Below are positions 49,495 to 62,722 of a stretch of 64,000 bases of DNA, in pieces (within the stretch, counting starts at the first letter, position 1; the number at the start of each line of letters is the position of its first letter). Position numbers and translations under genes: made by a program. Source of the stretch: Mobula hypostoma. Lineage: Eukaryota. The notes beneath the pieces are model-generated. The model had not been told where the DNA came from. It was given only the letters and a program-made list of their open reading frames with translations, and did no database searches. Location of the stretch: NCBI RefSeq assembly GCF_963921235.1, contig NC_086097.1, positions 199,456,001-199,520,000 on the forward strand. The letters are read 5' to 3'.

Positions 49495-49980
49495 CAAAGT
49501 TCAAAGTAAATTTATTATTGAAGTACATATGGATCACCATATACAACCCTGCGATTCATTCTCTTTCGAGCATACTCGATAAATCCATAATAGAAAAATA
49601 ACTAATAGAATCAATGAAAGACCACACTAAATTGGGAATCCAACCAGTATGCAAAAGACAACAGACTGTGCAAATACAAAAAGAAAGAAATAATAATAAT
49701 AAATAAATAAATAAACAATAAATTTCACAACATGAGATGAAGAGTCCTTGTGAGCGAGTCCATAGGTTGTGAGAACATTTCAATGATGGGCAAGTGAAGT
49801 TGAGTGAAATTATCCCCTCCCTTTGGTTTGAGAGCCTGATGGTTGAGGGGTAATAGCTGTTCCTGATGGTGTGAATCCTGAAGCTCCTGTACATTCTTCC
49901 TGATGGCAGCAGCGGGAAGAGAGCATGACCTGGGTAGTGGGGATCCCTGATGATGGACGCTGTTTTCCTGAGAAAACGAT
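49495..49980 (-). mobile_element. Rex1-like 3' fragment
   Basis: KTASIIRDPHYPGHALFPLLPSGRMYRS...SYYPSTIRL. Confidence 0.85.
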
Positions 49981-50974
49981 TCATAATCTATCAGAAACAA
50001 AATAAACATTTTTTAAGATTACAGCTTTAAGCCATTTATAAATCTTAAAAAATTTAGATCATTAACAGATATACAACTTGCTATATTCTAACTTCCTTGC
50101 AGTTGTGAAATCCTATGCAAATCAAGTGATGTGTCAATACTCCATCTTAAATGCTGGAGAATTCCCACAAGTTTGTGTTCTGCCACTGTGCACTTTGTGG
50201 TGTCCTGGAGTGAACCCTTGTTTTCTGGGAAAAGCACAGCCTACAAGTTCAGGACTTATAAATTTAGCTACGTATGTATGCGCCAAAGACCTAAACTTGC
50301 AGTAAGTCAGAGAACTGTTGTAAAATCCCATCAAAATCAGAGCCATAGGAGTTTTTGGCAGAATATTTTCAGTGAGATAGCATCATGGGGGAGACACCAC
50401 AACAAAGTCGCCGACGGCATTGCTTCCAATAACAATCAAGATATGATCAAAGTTTGTAAACATATTTAGCAGGAGCATTTCATTTAGTTAGTTAATCACC
50501 GGATGGTCTAATCCCTTCCACAATATCACAATGCATCTGTTGAAACTGCATCTATTAATTTGTTAAATTACTAAACAACGTGGACTACTGCTATCAAAGA
50601 TGAAGTCCAGGTACAGAAGACAGCTTAATTTATTCACTTCATCTGTGGCTAGGATGCTCTTTAGGTCTGTGTCTATGTGATGAGAGCTGATTTATTTACA
50701 TATTTAATTTCTGGCTGACTAACTGCCTCTGAAGTCTAGTTTCAATGAGCTCTGCTTGTTGCAAAGAACAAATAAATTTTATATGCCTGCTAATATTAAT
50801 ATAATTAATAATCACCTGGCTTGTTACTAGATACCTGATTCCATCGTCACTTCATAGAAAATTAAAAGCTCCCTTTAATGTTAACAGATTTGTGGGACAA
50901 TGTGTGGTGAGTACACACGAGGTTGGTAGACTGTTAAGGATACAGAGCAATTCCTATGGTGAGTGGATCAAAGG

Positions 50975-51235
50975 GGGTAGCACGGTAGCATAATGATTAG
51001 CACAATGCATTACAGTACCAGGTTCAATTCCCGTTGCTGTCTATAGGAGCTTGTACATTCTCCCCATGACTGCATGGGTTTTCTCCAGGTATTCCAGTTT
51101 CCTCTCACAGTCCAAACACATACTAATTGGTAGGTTAATTGGTCATTGTAAATTGTCCCATGATTAGGCCAGGATTAAATCAAGGACTGATGGGCGTGCA
51201 CCTGAAAGGACAGGAAAGGTCTAATCTCAATAAAT
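50975..51235 (+). mobile_element. HE1/V-SINE-like SINE
   Basis: gcacggtagcataatg...ggttcaattccc head and tgtacattctccccatgactgcatgggtt core. Confidence 0.8.
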
Positions 51236-52177
51236 TTTTAAAAAGGATTTAACAAAGGTCTGTCTAAAAGTATCCAAACAGAATATCTTATTCCTACATT
51301 AATCACAAAGATTTCTCTTTAGCTAGTAAGTGATTTTAAATACCACCACAGAATAACCTGGGTGATTTTGAGGTACTCGAAGAGCAATTGTAGTGTCTCA
51401 TGATCCTCATGAGCATCATGTTATTGAAGAGTGACTCTTCACACTCAGCAAGAAGACACACTTATGTCTACAATCTACATTGACCTACATCTCTGTAAAC
51501 ATGCTTCTTGCATTGTGGAAAACTCCCTGTCATCTGTTGGTATAGGTATATTGGTCTACCATAGATTCACCAACTTAAAATAAAAACACGTAAACATAAG
51601 CAATATGAGTTGCCCAAACAGACTCCCTATGCTCTTTTTCCATTCAAAAAGCTGATTCTGGGTCACATTTGTCTTGGACGGGGGTGGTAATTAGCCTCAA
51701 AATATGTTAAAGGTTGATCTGTGACTATACAAAGAGTCATGCCACTACCATTAAGTTTGTGGTTTACACTTGTTAATGCAAGTTTTCAGTATTAGTTCTG
51801 TCTATCACAGGTAATATTATCCTCTCTTTGAGCAGATTTTCAACCAATGTCCGCTATTAATACATTCCAGTAAAGTGTTATTGCTCACAAATAAATTTTA
51901 TCATGTTGCTCTTCTTTCATACATAGATTCAGGTATTTTAATTTATTTCCCAATGGGTATTTATTCTATCTTGATAAAAGCACTTTGATATCTTGGCTCT
52001 ATCAAAACCTGTTTCAAATTGAAGACAATTAGATATTTTACGTCTCACGGGTTAGATTAGTAAACGCAGTATAGTTTTTATACCTTGATGGCAAACTTGA
52101 TGCAATTTCGTAGCTGTTCTGATTACAAATTTTTAAGATAACATGCCATTTTAAGTTTTACTGGGAATTGCACAACT

Positions 52178-52510
52178 TGAAGTCTACACAGAGGCCTCAT
52201 GACATGTACTTAATTGCTCAATTTTTGCAGAGCATCAAGACATTAATAGTGAAAACGTTACAGAACCAATCTTGCACGGGTTAAAAATATCCAAGTTCAG
52301 CACTAACTTATAAAGCTTCAGATCATAACCACTGCTACTATTATCTCAGCCAGAAAATGTTCGTACAAAGTTTAGTGTTACCACTTATAAGTTCTCTAGG
52401 CCCAGTATTTTCTTTCACTAGTCTTATTACTAAACACTATTTCCCTGTCATTTAATTCATTTTATTTCTTAACTGATCTCTTATTCTCCCTCCTAAGGGT
52501 AGAGGTGATA
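52178..52510 (+). repeat. Copy 1 of a diverged ~340-bp direct duplication (copy 2 at 54054-54403)
   Basis: Collinear shared blocks tgaagtcta.acagaggcctca, aatagtgaaa, ttacagaa.caatct, cccagtatttt, cactatttcc, atttaattcatttt, gaggtgata. Confidence 0.85.
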
Positions 52511-52729
52511 GGAACTTTTGCTCTTCTCATAGTTGTTCAATAAGGTGCCATGAGGAGCTGAGATGAAGTTGGTGGACAAGTATCCAGAGGGTTGTGGAGG
52601 GAATGGTCTTTTGTATTTCTGAAAGGAGAGGAAAAGGGAGTGTGTGTTTGATGATTGTTATTCAGAAATCGCATACGGAATATAAAGGCTATATGAAGAA
52701 ATAACCGTAAAGGGAATCCTACCAAGGGT

Positions 52730-53660
52730 TATAGAGTCAGAGAGTCATAGAGCAGTACTGCACAGCCTCAGGCCATTCAACTGCGCTCGTGCATGTCAAA
52801 CCATTGATCTGCCTAATCTGGACCATAGGCCTCCATACTTCCCCCCATTCATGTACCTACCAAAGTTTCTCTAAATGTTGAAACCAACCCACATCCACAA
52901 TTTCTGCTGGTACATCATTCCACATTCTCAGCATCCTCTGAGTGAAGAAGTTCCCACTCATATTCCCCTTAAACATTTCACCTTACACATGACTTCATAT
53001 CTAGTTTCACCCAACCTCGGTGGAAAAAACCTGCTTACATTTATACCACCCAAAATCTTATGTAGCTTTATCAAATCTTGTCTTATTGTCCTACATTCTA
53101 CGGATTAAATCTTAACCTATAACTCAAATCATCAAGTCCTGGCAACATCCTTGTAAATTTTCTCTGTACCCTTTCAATTTTACTGATAACTTTTCTGTAG
53201 GTTGGTGACCTGAACTGCACACAATACTCTAGTTAGACCTCACCAGCATCTTATTCAACTTCAACATGACATCTCAACTCCTGTACTCAATACTTTGATT
53301 TTTCAAGGCCAATGTGCCAAAAGCTCTCTTTACCACCCTATCTACCTGTGCGCCACTTTAAAGGAATTATTTATTTGTAATCCCAGATCCCTTTATTCTA
53401 CTGCGCTGCTCAGTGTCCTACGGTTCCCTGAGTGGGATCTACCCTGGTTGGTCCTCCCAAAGTGCAACACCTCCCATTTGTCTGCATTAAATTCCATCTG
53501 CCATTTTCAGCACAAATTTTCAATTGGCTAAGATCTCGCTGCAAGCTTTGATAGTCTTCCTTGCTGTCCACTACTCTCCCAATCTTGGTATCATCGGCAA
53601 ATTTGATGATCCAGTTTATTGCATTATCATCCAGACAATTTATACAGATGGCAAACAAAG
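52730..53660 (-). mobile_element. CR1 3' portion
   Basis: WIIKFADDTKIGRVVDSKEDYQSLQRDL; tail near 52730-52750. Confidence 0.9.
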
Positions 53661-54053
53661 TTTGAGTTTACTACTATAACGTAGTCACTCTCCAATGAAA
53701 GGACCACAGGCAGATTGAGCGATGGCTTTTCAGAACCTCCAGTTATCTATAATTTAAATCTGCCATCTCAATCCCATTTCTGGGTGGTATAGCCAAGAAA
53801 AAAGAATGAATAACGATGACATCTCCTTCGCCATTGTTCCCACAAACTCTCCTTATCTCCTCCAAATGGCGAAACAAATAACAATACTAGAAATCTGAAA
53901 TCAAGATAGAAAATATTGGAAATGCTCAGGAGGTGCAGGAGTATGTGTAGAGAAGAAAAGGAAGTGTTGCAGAGTGATGTTGGGTGTGTCAAGACGTTGG
54001 GGAGCTACACTGTGTGTTCCAATGCCAGAAACTGTAAGCAGAGGTGCAGAGCC

Positions 54054-54403
54054 TGAAGTCTATACAGAGGCCTCACTACAAGTATTTAATTGCACAGTTT
54101 TTTTTACAAATCAAGAATTTATTAAATAGTGAAATCATTACAGAATCAATCTCATACAGTTTAGCAATATCAAAATTCAACACTAATTCAAGAGGCTTCA
54201 GTTCACAACCACTCTTCCATTTTCTCAGCTAAAAAATGCCAGTACAAAATTTGGTGTTGCCATTTACAATTTCTGGAGACCCAGTATTTTATTTCACAAC
54301 CCTCATTACCAGCCACTATTTCCTTGCTATTTAATTCATTTTCTCTATGTATTTTTCCTTCTTTAGTAATCTGTTCTTCTTCCTCCAATGGCTGGAGGTG
54401 ATA
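54054..54403 (+). repeat. Copy 2 of the diverged ~340-bp direct duplication
   Basis: Same collinear blocks as 52178-52510. Confidence 0.85.
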
Positions 54404-54879
54404 AGGTATTTTGAGTTGAAAGCATTAATATTTCAAGGTAAAAATCTTTCATCAGAACTTGGAAAAATAAAAATTCAGATTTGTTTTAAGAGCTAAAAAA
54501 TGAAGAGAGTCAGGAGAATATCTGTTATAGGGTGGAGACACAAGTGGTAGTGATAGTGGTGCAAGCTAACAGATGCTAATGACAACTTGTAACTTAAATC
54601 TACCTGGAGCAGATCTGAGTAGAGGGAGAGGAATGAGGTCAGAGAAGAGGGAGAGGTAAAAAACAACACTGAAACATTAAGATGCAAAAACTGGAGTTTC
54701 TGGTCACCTGAAATAAAAGAGAAGATTGGGACCAGGTCAGGCAGCATCTGTGGAGTGTATCTAGAGAATCCTTCGCTCAGAGAATTTTAAATCTATGGAA
54801 TGCTCTACCTAAAGATCTATAGTTTCAGAGTCACTAAGCGTTGTATACTCAAGATAATAGACACACAAAGGGGGTCAAG

Positions 54880-55337
54880 GGATAGAGTCATAGAAAAGTG
54901 CAGCACAGAAACAGACCCCTCAACCCAACTAGTCTGTGCCAAACCATTTAAACTGCCTAATCCCATCAACCTGCATCGGGTCCATGCCATCCATGCACCC
55001 ATCCATACTTCTATTAAACATCGAAATCAAGCTTGCATGCAGCACTTGTGCTGGCAGCTCGTTCTACACTCTCACCGCCCTCTGAGTGAAGAAGTTCCCC
55101 ATCATGACCCCTTAAAAATTTCACCTTTCACCCCTAACCCATGACATCTGATTGTAGTCCCTCCCAACCTCAGTGGAAAAAGCCTGCTTACATTTACCCT
55201 ATCTATATCCCTCATAATTTTGAATACTTCTATCAAATCTCCTCTCAATCTTCTATGTTCTAATGAATAAAGTACTAACCTATTCAACCTTTCCCTATAA
55301 TCCACGTCCTCAAATGCCAGTAACATCCTCGTAAATG
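54880..55337 (-). mobile_element. CR1 3' end
   Basis: FTRMLLAFEDVDYRERLNRLVLYSLEHRRLRGDLIEVFKIMR. Confidence 0.9.
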
Positions 55338-56457
55338 TTGAAAACACAATTGTATCAGCAGAGCAGCCTCAAGGGCCTACTGGCTTACTTCTGCTCTCTA
55401 CTGAGTGAATCCAGTGTGTTTTGTTTATTTTTTACATTTGTCCTATCCACCTCAAACCTCCAGCGATTTTTTGGAAATGCTAACTGTTTGTAATCATGTT
55501 GTTCGACAGTATTTGTTACTGAGATGTCCAACTGTAGTAACCCATTGGCTGAATCATCACTAATGTCTTTGCTACCTCTTGACTTGACTTCTCCAATATA
55601 TTTCTGGCCAGGCTCCCAATTCTTACTCATCCATATCTGGCCTCACTCCGGGCCCTGCTCATTCTGCATCGCATTGCTAGTTAACCTACACTGACACCCA
55701 TTTAAGTAGTACCTCATTATAAATATTCCATTGTTTCAAATCCTTCCATGGGCTCAACACTCCACATGGAGTCCTTTAATTCTCCATCATATTTGCTCTA
55801 ATTCTGGCCTCTTGATCATCTCCAAATGTAAATTAACTACTATTTGTGGCAATGCCTTCACCTGTTAGAGCTTTAAATTCTTGGTTTCCCTCCTAAGAAT
55901 TCTCATTCTCTCATTTTGCATTTTTGAAATAATGCTTCAGATTTTCTTTAATAATATTTTAATGATGCACCTGTGGATAAGATACTAATCTAAGGAATAA
56001 AAGTTGTTGTTGCTGGGAAAAATAATTTCTGACTAAACCCAAATGCCTCCCACACAATAATATTTTTCTGCTTGGAACTCCAATTCTTGCAGAAGCAATT
56101 TTATTGTGGCTGATAAAACTTTTAAAAGCTATTTCTTTCTCCAATACCTCTTTTTCCTATAATCACAATTCAATACCGCTGGTCCTTGAAATTATCAAGG
56201 CATGAAGAATTAGTCTGAGGAATAAAACAGCTCCCATTAATTTTGCAGGTCTTTAAAACTTGCCTGAATCTGAAATGTTAATAGGATTTGCTTTTCCCGT
56301 TACACAATTCAAGTGCAAATGCAGGTGGATCATAAGACGACAGTCACAATACAAGTTGAAAATAGGATGTATCGCAACTTCAAGACTTGGAGATGTTTTT
56401 AAAAAACAGTAATGCATGAAAGAAAACAAAAAAATCCGAGCAAGCTTTATCAGGTAT

Positions 56458-56905
56458 TAAAATATGGGAGCATTCCCTATGAGAATAGGTTGAGTGAACT
56501 CGGCCTTTTCTCCTTGGAGCGATGGAGGATGAGAGGTGACTTGATAGAGGTGTATAAGATAATGAGAGGCATTGATCACGTGGATAGTCAGAGGCCTTTT
56601 CCCAGGGCTGAAATGGCTAACATGAGAGGGCACAGTTTTAAGGTGCTTGGAAACAGGTACAGAGTAGATGTCAGGGGTAAGTTTTTTTACACAGAGGGTG
56701 GTGAGCGCGTGGAATGGGCTGCCAGCAACAGTGGTGGAGGTGGATACGATAGGGTCTTTTAAGAGACTTCTGGATAGGTACATGGAGCTCAGAAAAATAG
56801 AGGGCTATAGGTAACCCTAGGTAATTTCTGGGGTGGGTATATGTTCAGCACAGCTTTGTGGGCCAAAGGGGCTGTATTGTGCTGTAGGTTTTCTATGTTT
56901 CTATA
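56458..56905 (+). mobile_element. Young CR1 3' end
   Basis: PYENRLSELGLFSLERWRMRGDLIEVYKIMRGID; tail ttttctatgtttcta. Confidence 0.93.
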
Positions 56906-56984
56906 TACAGTATGGTTGCATATAATTTTCCATATTTGCAGCTGCTTATATGTAATTTTCCATATTTGCAGTTGCATTCATATA

Positions 56985-57293
56985 GGTAATAGGCACCCGT
57001 TAGTCTCATGAGACCATGGATTTGTGCCTTGGAAAGTTTCCAGGGCACAGGCCTGGGCAAGGTTTTATGGAAGACCGGCAGTTGCCCATACTGCAAGTCT
57101 CCCCTCTCCACGCCACCGATGTTGTCCAAGAGAAGGGCATTAGGACCCATACAGCTTGGCATCGGTGTCGTCGCAGAGCAATGTGTGGTTAACTGCCTTG
57201 CTCAAGGACACAACACGCTGCCTCAGCCAAGGCTCGAACTAGCGACCTTCAGATCACTAGACGAATGCCTTAACCACTGGGCCACACGCCAAC
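56985..57293 (-). mobile_element. Young tRNA-derived SINE
   Basis: Minus-strand head ggcgtgtggcccagtggttaag (A box) ... agttcgagcc (B box), then gttgtgtccttgagcaaggca; CpGs retained. Confidence 0.85.
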
Positions 57294-57629
57294 ATGAAAT
57301 AGGTAATGCTGTATGTTAATTCACACAGCACTCCGACTATAATTTAGGTCAGGGCACCTATTAAAGATCATTTCAGTGAAGTTCAGATAGGGTTGAGCTT
57401 GGTTCCTGTGGATTCACTCTCCTTCACTGCAAATTCCTTTCCACCTTGCCTTGCAGTTTCTGGTGTATGAACACATAACATCTCTCCAATATCTTGACAC
57501 ACCTATTGTCAGTCTACCACTTTTCATTTTTTTCCAAGATACAGAGCTCATAGGACTTCAGGAATCAAACTCTCTGACAAAGGAAACTCCAGTTCAATAA
57601 AATTAAAAGGCAAATTGGAAAGAAAACAT

Positions 57630-60490
57630 CTGACCATAATAAGACCATATGACTTAGGAGGGGAATCAAGCCATTTGCCTCACTGAATTTGCACCACCAT
57701 TCCATCACGGCTGTTTTATTATACCTCTCAACTTCATTCTCCTGCCTTCTTCACTTAACCTTTGATGCCCTTACCAAGAACCTATCAACATTTTCTTTAA
57801 ATATACCCAATGAATTGGCCATCTGAGGCAATTAATTCCACAGATTCACCACCCTCGGGCTAAATAAATTCCTCCTAATCTCTGCTCTAAGGAGACGTCC
57901 TTTTCGGCTGAGACTGCGCCCTCTGGTCCTGGACTTCCCCCACTATAGGAAACATTCTCTCCATGCCTCAGCATTAGATCCTTGATTTTGTATTCTAGAC
58001 TTCTCAAAATGAATGCTAACATTGCATTTGCCTTCTTTGCCATCGACTCAAAGTGCAAGTCAACCTTTAGGGAATCCTGCACGCGGACTCCCAAGTCCCT
58101 TTGCATCTCTGATGTTTGCGTTTTCTCCCCGTTTGGAAAATAGTTTATGCCTTTATTTCTTCTAACAGAATACATGACCATACAATTCCCTACTCTATAT
58201 TCCATCTGACTGTCCATTTTTGTGATCTAAGTCCTTCTGCAGACTCTGTGCTTCCTCAACACTACCTGCTCCTCCATCTATCTTCATATCATCCACAAAC
58301 TGGGCCACAAAGCCATCAATTCCATCATCCAAATCACTGACATATAACGAGAAAAGAAGCGTACCAACACCGACCCCTGTGGAACACCACTAGTCACCGG
58401 CAGCCAGTCAGAAAAGGCTCCCCACACTTTGCTTCCTGTCAGTGAGCCAAGCTATACATGCTAGTATCTTTCCTGTAATACAATAGGTTTTTTTTTGTTT
58501 CGCAGCCTCGTGTGCGTCACCTCATCAAAGGCCTTCTGAAAATCCAAGTATATTACATCAACTGACTCTCCTTAGTCCATCCTGCTTGTTATTTCCTCAA
58601 AGAATTCAAACAGATTTGTCAGGCAAAATTTAAAGAAACCATGTTGACTTCGGCCTGTTTGATCATGTGCCTCCAAGTGCTCCAAAACTTCATCCTTAGT
58701 AATGGACACCCAATCACTGAAGTCAGGCTAACTATTATTTCTTTTCATTTGCCACCTTTCCTTCTTAAAAAGTGGAGTGACATTTTCAATATTCCAGTCC
58801 TTCAGAATCTAGTAATACTTGAAATATTACTACTAATGCCTCCACAATCTCTTCAACTAATTCCATCCAAACCCTGAGGTGTAGTCCATCTGCCCTAGGT
58901 GACTTATCTATCTTCAGACCTTTCAGATTCCCAAGCACATTCTGCTTAGTAATAGCAGCTACACTCACTTCTGCCCCCTGACACTCTTCAATTGCTGGCA
59001 TATGCAAATGTCTTCCACAGAGAAGACTGACACAAAATACTTATTTAGTTCATCTGCCATTTCTTTCTCCCTTTCTCCTATCACTCCAGCATCATTTTCC
59101 AGTGGTCTGATATTCACTCTCGCCTCCCTTTTACTCTTTATACATCTGAAAAAATGCTTTATATCCTCTTTTATATCATTGGCTATCTTACCTTCATATT
59201 TCATCTTTTCATCTTTTCTCTCCTTATAGCTTTCTTAGTTGACTTCTGTTGATGTTAAAAAGCTTCCCAATCCTCTAAATTCCCATTAATTTTTATGATA
59301 TTATATGCCCTCTCTTCTGCTTTTATACTGTCTTTGACTTCCCTTGCCAACCATGGATATGCCATCCTCCCTTTAGATTATGCTCCCATAACTCCAGCAT
59401 TGCTGTCTGCCATTATTCCTGCTGGTGTCTCCTTCCAAGCAACTTTGACCAGCTCATGGACTAGGAGATTCATAATCCGCTGAAGCCTAGATTGGTGGCT
59501 TTAAAGATTAGTGATGAGAACTATACTTTCAAATCTCTTACTATGTCTTCTTTCAGTTAGTCCTGATGAAGGGTCTCAGCCTGAAACATCGACTGTACCT
59601 CCTCCTATAGATGCTGCCTGGCCTGCTGCGTTCACTAGCATTTTTTGTGTGTGTTGCTTGAATTTCCAGCATCTGCAGATTTCCTCATTTTGCATTTTTA
59701 ATACAGGAGTAGCCCACCTTTTTCATACAGGACGTGCCTTCCTCAGAAGAGATCCCAATGATCCAGAAATCTAAAACCTTGCCTTTCGCACTAATTCCTC
59801 AACCACATGTTTATCTGCACAATTACACGATTCTTATCCTCAATAGCATATGGCACAGACAGCAATCCAGTGATTACTACCCTTGAGGTCCTGCTTTTCA
59901 GCTTTCTACCTAACTCCCTATATTCTCTCTTCAGGATCTTATTGTGCTTCCTACCTATGTTATTGGTACCAATGTGTACCACGGCCTCTGGGAGTTCACC
60001 CTCATTCCTTTAGAATGCCATTGACCCAATCCAAGACATCCCTGACCCTGGCACCTAGGAGGCAACATACTTACACATCCACAGAATCTCCTGTCTGCTC
60101 CTCTAGCTATTGGATCCCCTATTACTACTGCATTCCCCCTCTCCCCGCTTCCCTTCTGAACCACAGAGCCAGACTCAGTGCCCAAGGCCTGGTCACTGCA
60201 ACTTCCTCCGGTCGGTCGTCCCTCCAACGGTATCCAAAGCAGTACACTTATTACTGAGTGGAACGGCCACAGGGCTATTCTCCACTGGTTGCCTATTCCT
60301 TTTCCTTCTTCTGACCCCACTACCTACCTCCTGTAACTCAGGGGTGACTACCTCCCTGCAGGTCTTACCTATCACCTTCTCATTCTCCTGTATAAGCTGA
60401 AGGCTATCCAGCTGCAGCTCCATTCCCTAGTATGGCTTCTAATGAGCTACAGCTTAATGCACCCAGCTCAGAGCTCCCATATCTCACATG
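57630..60490 (-). mobile_element. Long decayed CR1 (ORF1 with esterase/SGNH-like domain, ORF2 RT, 3' end), internally deleted, with a Penelope pLTR inside
   Basis: ORF1: ELQLDSLQLIQENE, AVVIGDPIARG, VHIGTNNIGRK...LGRKLKSRTSRVVITGLL; ORF2: LKGLKIDKSPRADGLHLRV, MQRDLGVRVQDSLKV. Confidence 0.92.
59522..59692 (+). mobile_element. Penelope pLTR fragment with hammerhead motif at 59559-59594
   Basis: AGUC CUGAUGA AGGGUCUCAGCCU GAAAC AUC GACU; remainder matches the 7.7 and 38.6 kb copies. Confidence 0.88.
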
Positions 60491-60659
60491 AAGAACATTC
60501 CATTAACTCTGGATCAAATTAAATATCTGCTTTAGAAGTAGTAAATGTGACCAGATTTAGTCTGTTCACTTATGGAGTTTAGATCTTCACCTTTTATTGA
60601 GATGATGGAAGAACAGCTACAGAATAGGCAAAATTCAGCCTTTGCTACTAGTTATGGAT

Positions 60660-60960
60660 ATAGTTAAGAGATTAAGAAGTAGCCATTTAAGCTGGGAATG
60701 TGTAGGAATTTTTTCTCACAGAGGTTTGTGAATTTTTGTAATTTTCTACACCAGAGGATTGAGAAGACAGGATTACTGAAGGGGGGGGGGTGGAAGTACT
60801 TAAAGAAGAAGCACATAAATCTTTGAAAGATCGGGGTATTAAGTGCTGGAGCGAACTGGCATCGAAGTGGAGATGAGGCCTTTGTCAGATCAGTCATGAA
60901 TATATTGTAAAGTAGGGGCCGTCCTGAGAGACTGGGTGGCCTACACTTGAGTTATAATAC
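60660..60960 (+). mobile_element. Old CR1 3' fragment
   Basis: aggaattttttctcacagaggtttgtgaatttttgtaattttctac motif. Confidence 0.7.
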
Positions 60961-61372
60961 TAAACACTATGTTCCTATGTTGAGTTATAATATTGAACAA
61001 CTAATTAGAGTTTTTATGTCAATGGCATAAACCAATCCCTCGGTTGTGAGTTCTTGCTCTGCTGCTTCTCCCACCGATTGTCTGCATCACAGAAACTATC
61101 CAACGTATTATCACTCAAACCAATGCAGAAATAGAGAGAGAGAAAAGAGAAAGAGAGAGAGATGTTATTTAAAGAGTACTTTTTGTTATAATCTATTTCC
61201 CAATACTGAGATATCTTGGCTCTGTGTATCTCTGAAACTCCCTCCATGAGCTGTTAATGATCCATGTTTTCCTGGCACACAAGATTAAACAGAAGGCTAG
61301 GAGGTGGTTGAGTTGCTGAAATCAGTATAATAACCTTGGCTTCTCTCCTGATGTTTGAGGTGGGAAGAACAT

Positions 61373-61386
61373 GTTGTTATGGCAAC
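61373..61386. promoter_or_regulatory. RFX X-box motif
   Basis: GTTGTTATGGCAAC matches the 14-bp RYYNYYWWRRNRAC consensus and lies outside recognisable repeats. Confidence 0.45.
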
Positions 61387-62079
61387 CCTTGGAAAGCCTT
61401 CAGGGATTTGTTCTATTGTAAACTACAGGACATTATTTTAGAGCTCCCTCAGGGTTTGACAGTTCTGATATTTCACAGAACAATGTGTTGTTTTATTTCC
61501 TTCTCTGTTTTTCCTAGTGTATTTCTTAAGGACAACTCGTTTCCTCTAATCTTAGCAAGGCTGCTTTCAAAATACTAGTACAAGTAATTAGTTTCTCCAG
61601 GAGTTCTTCCAGCATGTCTCTGATAATCTAGTAACACCTGTTTCACATTGACCGAATCATATAAAGCCAAGTCTGAGATGTGTCCAATTTAAAATTGACT
61701 GTTCATCCAGAAACATGGATGCTACATTTGATGGAATAAAATAGAATAATGCCTGAAGTATTCAGCAGTTCAGACAGCATCTGTAGTGAGGGAAACAGAA
61801 TTACTATTTCAGTTCATGAGAGCTGCAGTCTTAAACTTAACGTATGTCAGACTTTTTCCAGCTCTGATGAATTGTAATTGAGTTGAAATGGTTACCATGT
61901 TTCACGCTCCACAAATGCTCTCTGCCCTACTGAGTATTTCAGAATTTACTTAAGGTTTCATATTTACACCATTTGCAATATCTTGCTTTTCAATACTTGA
62001 CAAAATCCTATTTGCCTAGAGTTGGAATTAATTGGTTACATACGAATAAGTTATGAGAACTAACCTTTTACATATATGA

Positions 62080-62722
62080 AAAACATGCATAAGTCTGAAG
62101 ATGCTGGAAATCCAAAGCAAAACCCGTAAAATGCCAGAGGAACTCCACAGGTCAGGCAGCATCTATGGAAATGAATAAACAGTCAATGTTTTGGGCAAAG
62201 TGGAGGGGGAAGGAGGCTAGTAAGAAGGTGAATCCAAGTGGGTGGGAGAAGTAGAAGACTGGAGAAGAAGGAATCTGATAGGAGAGAAGAGTGGACCACA
62301 GGAGAAAGGGGAGGAGGAGGGGACCCAGGGAGAAGTGATAGGCAGTTGAGAAAAGGTAAAAGGCCAGAGTAGAGAATAGAAGAAGAGGGGAGGGGGAAAA
62401 AAAAATACCAATAGGAGAAATTGATATTCATGCCATCACAGTGGAGGCTACCAGGTGTGTCTCCTTCGCCCTGAGGGTGGCCTCATCTTGGCCATGGGCA
62501 TGTCAAAATGGGAATGGAAATCATGTTTGACCACCAAGAAGTTCTGCTTTTGTCGAATGGAGCAGAAGTGCTCAACGAAGCAGTCCTCGAATTTACGACG
62601 TATCTCACCGCTGTAGAGGAGGCCACATCGGGAGCACCGGACACAACAGATGGCTGCAGCAGATTCACACATGAGGTATTGCCTTACCTGGAAGGACTGT
62701 TTGGGGACGTGAATGGAGGTGA
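62080..62722 (-). mobile_element. Penelope-like element fragment (GIY-YIG + pLTR), decayed
   Basis: ORF 62448-62672 CESAAAICCVRCSRCGLLYSGEIRRKFEDCFVEHF; pLTR at 62085-62200. Confidence 0.88.

Noticed and set aside
55385..55630. Minus-strand ORF ending at an apparent gtaag donor
   Set aside because: The apparent donor lies in a decayed CR1-type tail motif (gggcctactggcttacttctgct) and the ORF start overlaps an L2-like remnant.
56920..56975. 30-bp tandem duplication
   Set aside because: A simple local duplication between two repeats; no sign of function.
57220..57293. tRNA gene
   Set aside because: The A/B-box head continues into a SINE body and tail; no complete cloverleaf with acceptor stem was seen.
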